From positions 6,572,001-6,636,000 of the forward strand of contig NC_043021.1 in NCBI RefSeq assembly GCF_006345805.1: DNA of 64,000 nucleotides, given 5' to 3'. Made by a program: the position numbers and the translations under genes. The notes beneath the pieces were generated by a model. The model saw nothing but the letters and a program-made list of their open reading frames with translations. It was not told where the DNA came from and ran no database searches. Position 1 is the stretch's first letter. Every line of letters starts with the position of its first letter. Below, one piece after another: positions 52,463 to 64,000 of this stretch. This DNA comes from Octopus sinensis. Its lineage: Eukaryota.

Positions 52463-54387
52463 GTTTAGCTGTTCAGCTGTTATTCTATACAAACAAAGCA
52501 ATTTTCATAGAAAAAGTGAACATGAGCTAATTTCATCAAAAGTTGACCACAAGCTAATTACACACACAAAAAAAAAATTAGACATGGAGCTAAATTCAAT
52601 GAAATAGGAAAAACAACAACAAAAGGCCAATTCACCATGGTTTATTCCAATAAAAATAAAAACAAATTTCTAATTAAAATCAATGAGTTTTCTTTTAACG
52701 AACAGTAGCAAGACTCTACAAAAAAATGTTTTTGTGCTGATGTAAGACATTCTCTAGACTGTTCAAACTGATGTTTTATCTTTGTTTAAACTAAAAAACA
52801 ATGTTTCAAATGGCTGAGTATCCATTTATCATCAGTTACCATAGGTATAAGGTATCGCTGTGTGGTTAAGGAGCTTGCTTTGCAACCATGTGGCATCAGG
52901 TTTAATACTGTTGCATGGCACCCTGATCCAACTGACTTGTGATGGCGAGTGTTTTTGGATGCGACCACTTTCAAGATGCTGAACCTTACAAAGGCAATGA
53001 CTAATGACCGAGGTATGTCAGCCAATGGGCTGAGTTGTTAAGCTGCTTTGTGTTATCTATTCCAGCTTTCTGCATACTGGGTTCAAATTTCACAGAGATC
53101 AACTTTGCCTTTCATTCCTTCATGGTTGATAAAGTCTAGCAGAGTTGTGGATTTGGTGAAATTATAAAAGCTTCAGATAATATGCCTTGGCAGTATCTGT
53201 TCCGGCTCTTTGTGTTTGAGCTCAGATTCTGTTGTCTATCACCAGCTTTCTCACTGTGAGAAACATATCCCTAAGGATCTTGCTAATGCCAATGACTTCT
53301 GGTGTTAGAATGACCTATCAGTTGGAGCAATATTTCAGTCTGATCAATAAAACAAATTGCTCCTGCAACAAAGTGGAAGAAACATTAGTATAGGAAAAAG
53401 TCAGAAAAAATATTTTTACATTTCCTTCAATGGGGATTGAACTTGCAAACATTTGTTCAGTTTTCAAAACTCCAAATCATTCATCTTAAATCTAAACAGA
53501 AGGCACCTGAAGATGCCTGGAGAATATACCTTTTGCAATAACATTTCATCAAATATATCTAATCAAAATTCTGATTAATTTTTGCTAATTTAATAATAAC
53601 AACACTTTTATTTTATTTACTTTTTTTTTTATATAATTATAGAAACGAGAGCAACATTTAATCAAGGACTTAATTGATAAGGTTTCAGCGGTTTGGGGTT
53701 TAGGCCTAATTTCTTGGCAAATACTAGCTTTACAAAACCTTGTGAGAAGATGGAGAGATGTGTGTGGAAAAATACGAGGCAAATGTTCAAATGCTGTGTC
53801 TGTTGGCATACATGAAATGATTGTATTAACTAAATTTTGATGGTCTTTTATTATATAAGTTGCTGAATAACAAACGCCAAAGGTAACATTTCGTGTGTGG
53901 ACTTAGCAAAAAGGCTTGATTGAATAGAGGGTTATTGATTTTGGCAAGAACTCTAAATCATTACTTGGTGTGTCCATGCACCATAGCAGTTACCCCTCAC
54001 CCACCTTACTCCCTCCACATACCCCCACCATTTCAATTAAATCAACACCAATGGTATAAAAAGATTTTGACTTTTTTTTTTCTGAGAATTTATTGTAATG
54101 ATATTAATGTGAATACCCCCCCCCATGCTTTTTTTGGGGGGAGGGGCATTACTGTAATTTTTTTTTTTTTCCTTAATAACTTCCATATGGTCTGAATTAA
54201 CTCAAATTTAACAAAACTGATAATAGCCAAAATATAAATTGATTAGAATTATCATTTTCCTGACACTGTAATTATATCTTCAATGACCTGTTAGGGTTTG
54301 CACCACTTGCCAGGGTCTTCTTTATTTACTAGATTAAAACTTGAGATTTTAAAAACCCATTTGATTTATCTTTCTTTGGTTGTTGTT

Positions 54388-54760
54388 TGGCTGTGTGGTA
54401 AGTAGCTTGTTTACCAACCACATGGTTCTGGGTTCAGTCCCACTGCGTGGTACCTTGGGCAAGTGTCTTCTACTATAGCCTTGGGCCGACCGAAGCCTTG
54501 TGAGTGGATTTGGTAGACGGAAACTGAAAGAAGCCCATCGTATATATGTATATATATGTGTGTGTATGTTTGTGTGTCTGTATTTGTCCCCTTAGCATTG
54601 CTTGACAACCGATGCTGGTGTGTTTATGTCCCCGTTACTCAGCGGTTCGGCAAAAGAGACCGATAGATGGGCTTACAAAAGAATAAGTCCCGAGGTCGAG
54701 TTGTTCGATTAAAGGCGGTGCTCCAGCATGGCCGCAGTCAAATGACTGATACAAGTAAAA
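54388..54760 (+). mobile_element. SINE family A
   Basis: Matches the family consensus. Confidence 0.9.
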
Positions 54761-55023
54761 AAAAAAAAAAAGGTTGAAGTGGTGAGCTGGCAGAACCATT
54801 ACCATTCTGGAGAAAATGCTCAAGAACATTTTATTTGTCTTAATGTTCTGTGTTCAAATTCCGCAGAGGTCAACTTTGTCTTTCATCCTTTTGGGGTTGA
54901 TAAAATATGTATCAGTCAAAGTACAGGGGTTAATGTAATCAACTTTCCCTTCCCTCAAACGCTGCTGGCCATGTGCCAAATTTTGAAACCATTATTTAAT
55001 CATGGGGTAGCTTTGATTAAAGG

Positions 55024-55350
55024 GTAAAGACCTCCTTTGTTCATGAATGACCGTGGGATTGCACCTAGGAAGTTTCCCTCCAAGGCACAAGTCCAGACAA
55101 GGCTGTTTATGGAAGACCAGCAGTTGTCCATGCATGCCAGCCTCTCCTCTCCACACCACGGATGTTATCCAAGGGAAAGGGAAAGGGGCCGATACAGCTT
55201 GGCACCAGTGATGTCACAACCCACTTCTACAGTTGAGTGAACTGGAGCAATGTGAAATAAAGTGTCTTGCTCAAGAACACAACACGCAGTCCAGTCTGGG
55301 AATCGAACTTACTACCTCATGATTGTGAGCTCAATGCTCCTACCACTGAG
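55024..55350 (-). mobile_element. tRNA-derived SINE family D
   Basis: Minus-strand B-box GTTCGATTCC and TTCTTGAGCAAGACACTT CORE-like segment; the head is shared with 47270-47545. Confidence 0.7.
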
Positions 55351-56399
55351 AATAGATCTTCGATATGATTAAAGGTGTTTTGGCTCTACAACCACCTGTG
55401 GTTTTTCTTTTGGTGGGGGTGAGGTCAGAAACTGTACTGGCCAAGGTATTTATTCTTTATTTTAAGACTGTAAGTTGTGACTCGAGGGAGATGTGGCTGC
55501 TGTATTTATTTGTTATTTCTAGCAGGTCTACATAACATTATCTCCATTGGCCTGTGGCTTCCATGTTGGTTAAATCAAGGTCACTGCTAGTTTAGCTATG
55601 TTGATCCGAATCAAACACAACCACCACCACCACCACATACTATTTTGGTAGCTGTAGCAGAACTCTTCTGTGGCTGACATATTCACACCAGTTCCTTCAG
55701 TGTCCACATTTTTCTTTCTTGCATATAACCCCCTTTTTTTTCTTTTCTTTTTTTTTTTTTGTATTTTTTTCAAATTAGTTTGATCCAAAGGAAAAGGTTA
55801 AGTCCATGGCCTTTGTAAGTCCTTCAGGTCAGATTGAACATCAGCAACAATATTTTCACTTGTAAAAAAAAAAAAAAAAGGACCTGCAAAGGTCATTAGC
55901 GATGTTGCTGCTCCTCCAACCAACCCCTTCCACTAACCTCTGTCACAACAACTACAAATATCTGATTACACATACTGAAATCTAGATTTTATGCCCAAAC
56001 ATGCTTTATTATATTTAAATATGATAAACTAGTTTGTGCAAGTTGTATTAATTATTTATCTAACATAATTATTTATCTAAGATGATTATTTATCTTGACT
56101 TGCCAGACATTGACTGTTACTGTAGCTGCTCTCTCTCTCTCACTTTTCCCCCTCTTTCCGCTACCATTGCCATCATCATCATCAAAACCTTATTTTTATT
56201 GCGGTTGTTATTGTCTGCAAGACATGAAGTGACAAAGTGGGACTGAGGTAAGAGAAAACAAAATCAACAGATTGTTGCCTGTTTACCAAAGTTTGTACCA
56301 GAATTAACTGCAGTATTTCAAGACACAACTGTTAGTGTATATGATGGTGATGATGTTTGTGTGTCAGTGTTTCTGTAATTATAAATTCTTTAATTTTAA

Positions 56400-56844
56400 C
56401 CCTTTAGTGTTCAGATTACTCTGTTAAATGTAATATTTTTTTACTCAAATTGGTTTTAATTAATCATGCATTATCTTATAGTTTTGAGGTTTCAATGACG
56501 TGATTGTTCATTTTTAGAATGTCAATGTAGGTTAGGTGTGAGAGCCCTGATCTGGTCAGTTTAACCCTTTAGTGTTTAAACCGGCCATATCAGGCCAAAA
56601 TTGTCTTCCTGTTTTATTTTTAAAACGAGCCAGCTCTGACCTCTCACACCTACCCTACAAAGTCATTCTAAAAATAAACAGGGACATCATCAATATCCCA
56701 GAGTTACAAAATGCTGTACAATTAATTTAAAACAATGTAATTAAAGAGGCTTTACATTTGACAGAATAATCTGAATGCTAAAGGGTTAAACATAAAATAG
56801 GTAGAAAACTTCAGCCGGATATGGCCAGTTTAAACACTAAAGGG
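56400..56844. mobile_element. piggyBac-type MITE family 1 containing an inverted copy of itself (56565-56785)
   Basis: Outer TTAA|CCCTTTAGTG...CACTAAAGGG; inner copy bounded by TTAA at 56561-64 and 56786-89. Confidence 0.85.
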
Positions 56845-56870
56845 TTGAAGAAAGTTTGGTATCTGTGAGA

Positions 56871-56902
<32 letters not shown>

Positions 56903-57168
56903 GGGCTTCTGTGTTTCTGCATCTACTTTATATAACTGACGATGATGTACATATACCAATGTGCTTACAAAGCCCTCTCTATCCCCCAAACGCTACAGTG
57001 TTTCAAGTTAGCTGGTTGGCAGGAGCCCCGCCACTTTTATGCTCATTAACCCTGTCAGCACTCCTAACTCCTTAGATAAGCTTTGCAGGTGGCTGAACTT
57101 ACCTCCCTTACGTATGTACCTTCATAACCCATACACAGCGAAAAAAAACCAAAAAAACCCACTACCTA

Positions 57169-57339
57169 GGCGCAGGAGTGGCTGTGTGGTAAGTAGCTTG
57201 TTTACCAACCACATGGTTCCGGGTTCAGTCCCACTGCGTGGCACCTTGGGCAAGTGTCTTCTTCTATAGCCTCGGGCCGACCAAAACCTTGTGAGTGGAT
57301 TTGGTAGACGGAAACTGAAAGAAGCCCGTCGTATATATG

Positions 57340-57370
<31 letters not shown>

Positions 57371-57579
57371 CTGTGTTTGTTCCCCTAGCATTGCTTGACA
57401 ACCGATGCTGGTGTGTTTATGTCCCTGTTACTTAGTGGTTCGGCAAAAGAGACTGATAGAATAAGTACTGGGCTTATGAAAGAATAAGTCCCGGGGTCGA
57501 GTTGCTCGATTAAAGGCGGTGCTCCAGCATGGCTGCAGTCAAATGACTGAAACAAGTAAAAGAGTAAAGAGTAAGAGAG
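57169..57579 (+). mobile_element. SINE family A, full length
   Basis: Matches the family consensus. Confidence 0.92.
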
Positions 57580-58029
57580 TCTCCTACATAGTTCACTCAT
57601 AGCCCCTAGAACACTTGGAGTAAATAAACAATCCCTACAAAAGGAATGCTTCCACACCCAGCACTACAACTTTCTACAAAATCCTTCATTTGAACTGTGA
57701 TGGATGCCTCCTTACATTATACACCCTTCCAGCTTCCTCCCATACAGCAACTGATCCTTTTTGATCTCTTGTGGAAAGGATCACTAGCGACTTATCTGAT
57801 TCTAGCACGACCCTTCTCTTACCCCTTCTCAAACATGCTGGTTCTGCAAGTATTCTCTCAGAGAAAGCCTCGGCATTTCCTGCTCACTTGGCATCTGACT
57901 CCACACTAAAACTCACCCTTTCACTCCACCATACTAACCATCATATGCACATACATAAAGTATTCCTCATTGCTTCAAACCAACAAGACCATCAGCCCTG
58001 ACAATATCCCTTTACCAGGTCCAGATTAA

Positions 58030-58250
58030 CCCTTTAGCATTCAAACCGGCCATATCCGGCCAAAAGTATTCTGCCTGTTTTATGTTCAAACTGGCCAGAT
58101 CTGGTCTCTCACACCAACCCTACAATATTGTTTTAAAAATTAACAGCTACCTCATCAAAATCGCATAGCTACAAGATAATGCCTGATTAGTTCTAAACAA
58201 TGTGGATAAAAAAGGATTAATTTTGGCAGAATAATGTGAACACTAAAGGG
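58030..58250. mobile_element. piggyBac-type MITE family 1
   Basis: TTAA|CCCTTTAGCATTCA...TGAACACTAAAGGG|TTAA. Confidence 0.88.
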
Positions 58251-59583
58251 TTAAGACCCATAGAAGCCCTAAGCTCTTTAGAAAATTTTGGTGCTTCCAT
58301 ATATATGTACTTCGAAATAAGCAATAACAAACCATATATTAAATTCCTATTTTTCAAAATGAAACAAAACAAACAATAAGATGGAAAATAATGTTTATTT
58401 TTGTTTACTTGTTTACTTCTACTGTCTTTATATTTGAACAGTTTTTTTTCCTATTTTTTTTTATTGCAAACTCTTTGATCGGATCCTCACTATGACACCA
58501 TGAACACTTCAAATTATATTTCTGATTATATAATCTGCTTCAAATATTCTTTTAGCAAGTTTAAAGTGATTTCTTCTGTATTGTAAGCCATTTACCATTT
58601 CCGTGGTGCCCCACTTTCCTTGATGTCCTAAGCATGTGCTTCTTTTGGTTAATGGTCAATCCAGTGCTACCTGTTACCCTCAAAGAATGTATCTGAGCTA
58701 GCCTTTTCTCTCACTGAAATCTTTTAAGCCCGCTCTCTCGTGAGACAGTGACCTTTGGAAGTACCCTATGGCATGTCTCATGTAGACAAAGAACCACCTC
58801 TTGACATAATTGTTGACACTGCCAACTACATACAGTATTGCATTCCCTTTTTGTACCCCAAATATGATGCAGACAGCCACTTGTCTTATCAAACAACTTG
58901 TATCTCTCTCCTTCCTTGCTGACTGCCAGTATAGTTCTCATAACCCAGGTCCACATGAGACCTCCTCTTATACGACACTTGACTTTCAGTGTAAGCAGTG
59001 TTGTTACCCAGAATATCAGCCATACTATCGACCATGTTTGGCATGCAACTTTTTTTTTGTTAAAACTGGCTGCTCTGGGCTTTTTTTTTTTTTTGTGTGT
59101 GTATGTTTTTGCTCAGCTCTCTTCTCATTTCTCATGTTCCAGTCATACATTAAAACCAACACTGATTCCTTCTTTCCCCAGAACTTCTGTCCCTCCGGAA
59201 TTCCTCCCATGCACGTTTGTCCTGCTGCTCTTGACTTATAACCCGTTTGGTTAAATGGAATGTTAATGGAATCAAGCTCTTCCAGTCTTGGGAGGTGTAT
59301 GAAAGCGGGGGTAGGTGGGCGGGATGGCCAGAGAGTCCGTTGGCTTTTCACCATTTCCTTTCACTCGTAGCAAACAAATAATTAAATAACTCTTCAATTA
59401 GAAACTACTAATTGTTATTTCTAAATATCATTGCATTAGCAGACTTCGTGTGTAATTGAATCTCCAGGTTAATTTTAAAATGTTTAACTATGGGTTGATG
59501 TGCGTAGCTCGAAATGCTAAAACTATAATATACTAGTTAATGCAATCATTGTCACATACCTGGTTAAAGCATTGCATAAATCT

Positions 59584-59657
59584 TATTAATCACATACACA
59601 CTCACACGGCAATAGTCAGGTATTAATCACATACACACTCACGCGGCAATAGTCAGG
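59584..59657. repeat. 37-bp direct tandem duplication
   Basis: TATTAATCACATACACACTCACRCGGCAATAGTCAGG x2. Confidence 0.9.
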
Positions 59658-59715
59658 TGTTATGTACAATGGATGCTGAACCATCATACTCTTGTAACCC
59701 AATGGCATTATTATC

Positions 59716-60000
59716 CCGATGCCAGCGCCGCCTTGGCTGGCTTCCGTGCCGGTGGCACGTTAAAAGCACCAACCGATATCGTGGCCGATGCCAGACTCCC
59801 CTGGCACCTGTGCCGGTGGCACGTAAAAAGCACCCACTACACTCGCGGAGTGGTTGGCGTTAGGAAGGGCATCCAGGTGTAGAAACACTGCCGGATCAGA
59901 CTGGAGCCTGGTGCAGCCTTCTGGCTTCCCTGACCCCGGTCGAACCGTCCAACCCGTGCTAGCGCGGAAAACAGACGTTAAACGACGATGATGATGATGA
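59716..60000 (+). mobile_element. SINE family C, 5' truncated, with two internal units
   Basis: Matches 8717-8990; (GAT)n tail. Confidence 0.88.
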
Positions 60001-61523
60001 TATATTGTTGGTCTGTTTGTTACTCTCTAGGCTGCTATGATTTGTCCAGTTTTTAATCATTCTAGGTCTTGCTTTCTCGATTAGAGTGGATTGTGACTGC
60101 TTAACAGAATCCAAATCAATTAATCCCATGATGATAGTGGAAACGCTATAGTGTTTTATGTGTGATAATGTGAAATACACTGAAAATATATTTTGTGTAA
60201 TTCAAAACATTATTCCAGTATGCAAGCCGATACGATAGATAGGCTTGTTGTATCCGGTCTTACCAGTTGTGAGTTCTTCGGAATGAAAGTCTGAGTTGTT
60301 TACTGTTCATTAGCCCCAAGAAACATCGTTTCTAGCTGGGTCACTGTTGATGCCCCAGCATGGCTGCAGTCTTTGGGCTGAAACACATGAAAAAGAGCAC
60401 ATGATCAGCTACGTGAAGCTGAGTAGCAGTTTGTGAAGTGTTTTCAGCCTCGTGAAATACATGCATGGAAAGTCAGAAGCTGCTACAAGGAGTCATAAAT
60501 GTGATTTCATGCCTGAGGCAAATATCTGGTAAACCATACTGGATAAATTTATTTGCCACTGGAATTTTACAAATAAACATCGGTTGTATTGAGATAGGCT
60601 TAAACACTAGGTATGCGCGTATGCATACGTGTGTGTGCACGCACGCATATATATATACATATATATATATACATACACGCACACACACACACACACACAT
60701 CCTATGTTTTTCTGTTTCTCCTCTTTCGTTTCCTCTCTCTAATTCTTTTAATCTCTCCTCCCCCTTTCGTTTTTTCTCTCTCATCCTGTCTCTAATTCTT
60801 TTCCTCTCTCCCACTCTTCTGCCTTTGGTCTCTCGTTGCTCGCATGTGACCATCGGCCATCTTTTCCTAACCTGGATTTCTTTCTGTCTCCCTGATCAGC
60901 CACAGGGATAAGATGCATTCTTGTCTGTCTCCTGTCAGAGCTTGTTCCTCCGCGTTCATCAACTCACCTCGTTCAGGCTTAGCAGCCCTTCCTGTTACCA
61001 ACTTTGACCCTCTGCAAAATCCCAAATTTTATTTAATTTGCTTTGCGGGAGCAACTGTTTTGTCGAAAATGTATTTTGTCATTAATTGCTCGAAATACGA
61101 AGTAGAAAAACAGCCGGCAACTGATGAAGGGTCGTTTTATTATGTTGCTTGTCTTGTTTTCCATTTGTTTCTTTTGTTGTTCGCAAAAAAAAAGATTGTA
61201 TTCCATGTTGTTTACATTCTGCGATGTCCTGTGCCCAGAGAGAGAGAGAGAGAGAGAATACTAGTTGGAAACCAGGTAGCCCAAACTGAATGTGCTTTAC
61301 AACATACTAATATATATACTCGTAAGTCCCAAAAAATATTACATTATACACACACATCTACAGACGTACATATACCTATGTATGTATGTATGCATATGTA
61401 TGTAAATATATATATATTTGCCCCTGTCACCCATCGAAAGCTTGGCTACATGGCTACAGCATTTCCTTTGTTCTGTAAACCCCTCAAAACCCCCCAATCA
61501 ATTTTGAAGTAGGTCAAGCTGTA

Positions 61524-61677
61524 TTTGTTCAGTAGCAGTCACTAAGATTAGGGGCGAGCGGGGGCAGGAGGGAGCCTAACTTTTTGGTTTATATATATAT
61601 ATGTATATATAAACCAAAAAGTTAGGCTCCCTCCCGGCCCCGCTCGCCCCTAACCTTAGTGACTGCTACTGAACAAA
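61524..61677. repeat. Fold-back inverted repeat, ~68-bp GC-rich arms around a TA core
   Basis: TTTGTTCAGTAGCAGTCACTAAGATTAGGGGCGAGCGGGG..AGCCTAACTTTTTGGTTTATA versus its reverse complement. Confidence 0.9.
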
Positions 61678-61681
61678 ATGA

Positions 61682-61722
<41 letters not shown>

Positions 61723-62636
61723 GTGTAATATATATGTGTGTATATATATGTGTGTATATATATATGTGTGTATATATATATGTGTGTATATATATATGTG
61801 TGTATATATATATGTATATATATATATGTATATATATAGTATATATATATATATATGTGTATATATATATGTATATATGTGTATATATATATGTATATAT
61901 ATATGTGTGTGTTTTGACAGTCTTGCTTGTTTGGAACACACACACACACACACACGTATTCATGAAGCAGAAAGCAACAGGAATAACAAAGACGACCAGC
62001 CTATCTGACATGTTGTCTCAGTGCTTCTTAAACAAAGATTTTCCTTGTCATCTTTCTCTACTTATCTTTTTTCTTGCTCTCCATCTCTCTCTCTCTACCC
62101 CTCTCGATCCCTCTCTCTCTGTCAACTACCGTTTTCAAATTGGCATTTCCTTTTCTTCATGATTGCCAACTTGAAAGGAGAAAAGGCTAGCGACACAAAG
62201 TTTGTGTGTGTGTGTGCGTGTGCTTGCCTTTTTTTTGACCTTAAGTGACATTCCTGACATTCGAAGTTGAATTCTTTTCTTTAAAATATGAATTTGTCTT
62301 CTCTGTGTGTATGTGTGTGGAGTTAGGGGATGTACACACACACGCGCGTTGGTTGTATATTTGTGGTTGTTTATTGTTGTAGTTAGATTTTCTTCCAAAA
62401 AAAATTTCGTAATTTGATGTTTGATGTTTTCTGGAAAACGTACCATGAAAAACAAACAGGGGAGTTGTTCAACCTGCTGGAAATAGCTACACAATCTCCC
62501 TCGGACTGTACCCAACACTGTTTTAAATATAGGAAGGATAAATTAGATAACGTAGTGGTGTGGCTACTCTGAACAAAAAAGGGCTGGGTGTCCTCTCCTA
62601 AAGTTTGACAAAGGTACAGCTAATTAAGCAACATGT

Positions 62637-62819
62637 GGTGCAGGAGTGGCTGTGTGGTAAGTAGCTTGTTTACCAACCACATGGTTCCGGGTTCAGTCCC
62701 ACTGTGTGGCACCTTGGGCAAGTGTCTTCTATTATAGCCTCGGGCCGACCAAAACCTTGTGAGTGGATTTGGTAGACGGAAACTGAAAGAAGCCCATCGT
62801 ATATATGTATATATATATA

Positions 62820-62860
<41 letters not shown>

Positions 62861-63084
62861 TGTGTGTGTTTGTGTGTCTGTGTTTGTCCCCCTAGCATTG
62901 CTTGACACCCGATGCTGGTGTGTTTATGTCCCTGTTACTTAGCGGTTCGGCAAAAAGAACCGATAGAATAAGTACTGGGCTTACAAAAGGAATAAGTCCC
63001 GGGGTCGAGTTGCTCGATTAAAGGCGGTGCTCCAGCATGGCCTCAGTCAAATGACTGAAACAAGTAAAAGAGTAAGAGTAGAGT
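62637..63084 (+). mobile_element. SINE family A, full length
   Basis: Matches the family consensus. Confidence 0.92.
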
Positions 63085-63828
63085 ATGTTCTCAAGATCCT
63101 TAAATAGCTTTTTTCCTACATTAGATATGTCTATGTAAATCAACATGTACGTACATCTTTTATCTTTTACTGGTTTCAGTCAAAGGCTGGGGCCATGCTG
63201 GAGCACCACCTTTCAGTATGTTTGGGTCACGTTTCTGTAAATGAGTTGAACAGAGTCGCTCTTCCTTGTGCCTCCTGCTGTGATGTGTGACTTTACATTT
63301 CAGTCAGTTCGATTTCAGATCCTCATCAATTAATTGTCTCACCTTTGACTTTTCAAATCAGCTGAAAAGTTGATTTGATCCCCAGTCGTTATTGGGTGTC
63401 TCGACAACATCTGCATTTTCGTTTCCATCAGTTTAATCTCCAGACATCAGGTGTCTCATCAACATTTGTATTACATGTCAAATAGTTTGGACAGCAAAAA
63501 TGATTAAATGTCTTCTTATTGAATATTAAAACAATGCTTCATCTGAAGTAACACAGCACTAACAGTTATTATATTTTCACAATAATTCATGCCAGACATT
63601 TAAAACTTGATGTAATGTATTTTGCTTTCTGAATATTACTCCTCCTCCTCTATATTCCAATCTCACATCTATGATAATAGTGCAAAACGAAAAAAAAAAA
63701 AAGAAAAGAAAAAAATTCCAAAGAATTTTATATAAACCATCATCATTATTGTGTGCACACACACACGTACACACACAATATTATATATCTATATATCTAT
63801 ATATATATATATATTATATATAAATATA

Positions 63829-63960
63829 CTTTATTTAAAAGCAGCAGAAATTCAACAAAACCTGTTACTCGAAGTTTCACGTTCCCGTTTGTTGGATGAA
63901 CGGGAAGGTGAAACTCCAAGTAACAGGTTTTGTTGAATTTTCTGCTGCTTTTAAATAAAG
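63829..63960. repeat. Inverted repeat (~61-bp arms) of a Penelope-like terminal sequence with a hammerhead-like motif at the fold point
   Basis: CTTTATTTAAAAGCAGCAGAAATTCAACAAAACCTGTTAC..TTCCCGTT versus AACGGGAA..GTAACAGGTTTTGTTGAATTTTCTGCTGCTTTTAAATAAAG. Confidence 0.85.
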
Positions 63961-64000
63961 CATATTACTCTACCCCTAATATTTGAGTACTCTTTTTTCC

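Noticed and set aside
58698-59354. Overlapping 100-140 aa ORFs in unique sequence
   Set aside because: No recognisable domain, and the ORFs cross poly-T tracts
61087-61133. Permuted (type II) hammerhead, GCTC-GAAA..GTA..CTGATGA-AGGGT
   Set aside because: Stem I cannot form; at most a decayed Penelope-like relic

Overview
AT-rich eukaryotic (animal) DNA, dense in (TA)n/(CA)n/(TATG)n microsatellites and interspersed repeats. The SINE families resemble those of coleoid cephalopods such as Octopus, which is an inference from recalled sequence, not a database result. No intact host protein-coding gene is recognisable, and nearly all ORFs in the track are microsatellite or SINE translations. The window most plausibly starts with a CpG-rich promoter and non-coding first exon (~2.55-3.6 kb, + strand), followed by a long intron or intergenic space. 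That space holds about 20 copies of a ~400-bp tRNA-derived SINE, two or three other SINE families, two dead Tc1/mariner transposons, an RTE LINE 3' fragment and many MITEs (hAT, TTAA/piggyBac-type, and one with a 6-bp TSD), several of them nested. The most interesting signals are RNA-structural. (i) Several type I hammerhead ribozyme motifs sit in short (TA)n-anchored Penelope/retrozyme-like fragments, including an apparently intact one at 31834-31926. (ii) Near-perfect fold-back palindromes occur next to TA repeats. (iii) A tandem array of four predicted H-type pseudoknots lies inside a SINE at 8611-8834. (iv) A covarying 3' stem-loop is shared by several retroposon families. Coordinates were read by eye and may be off by a few bases.
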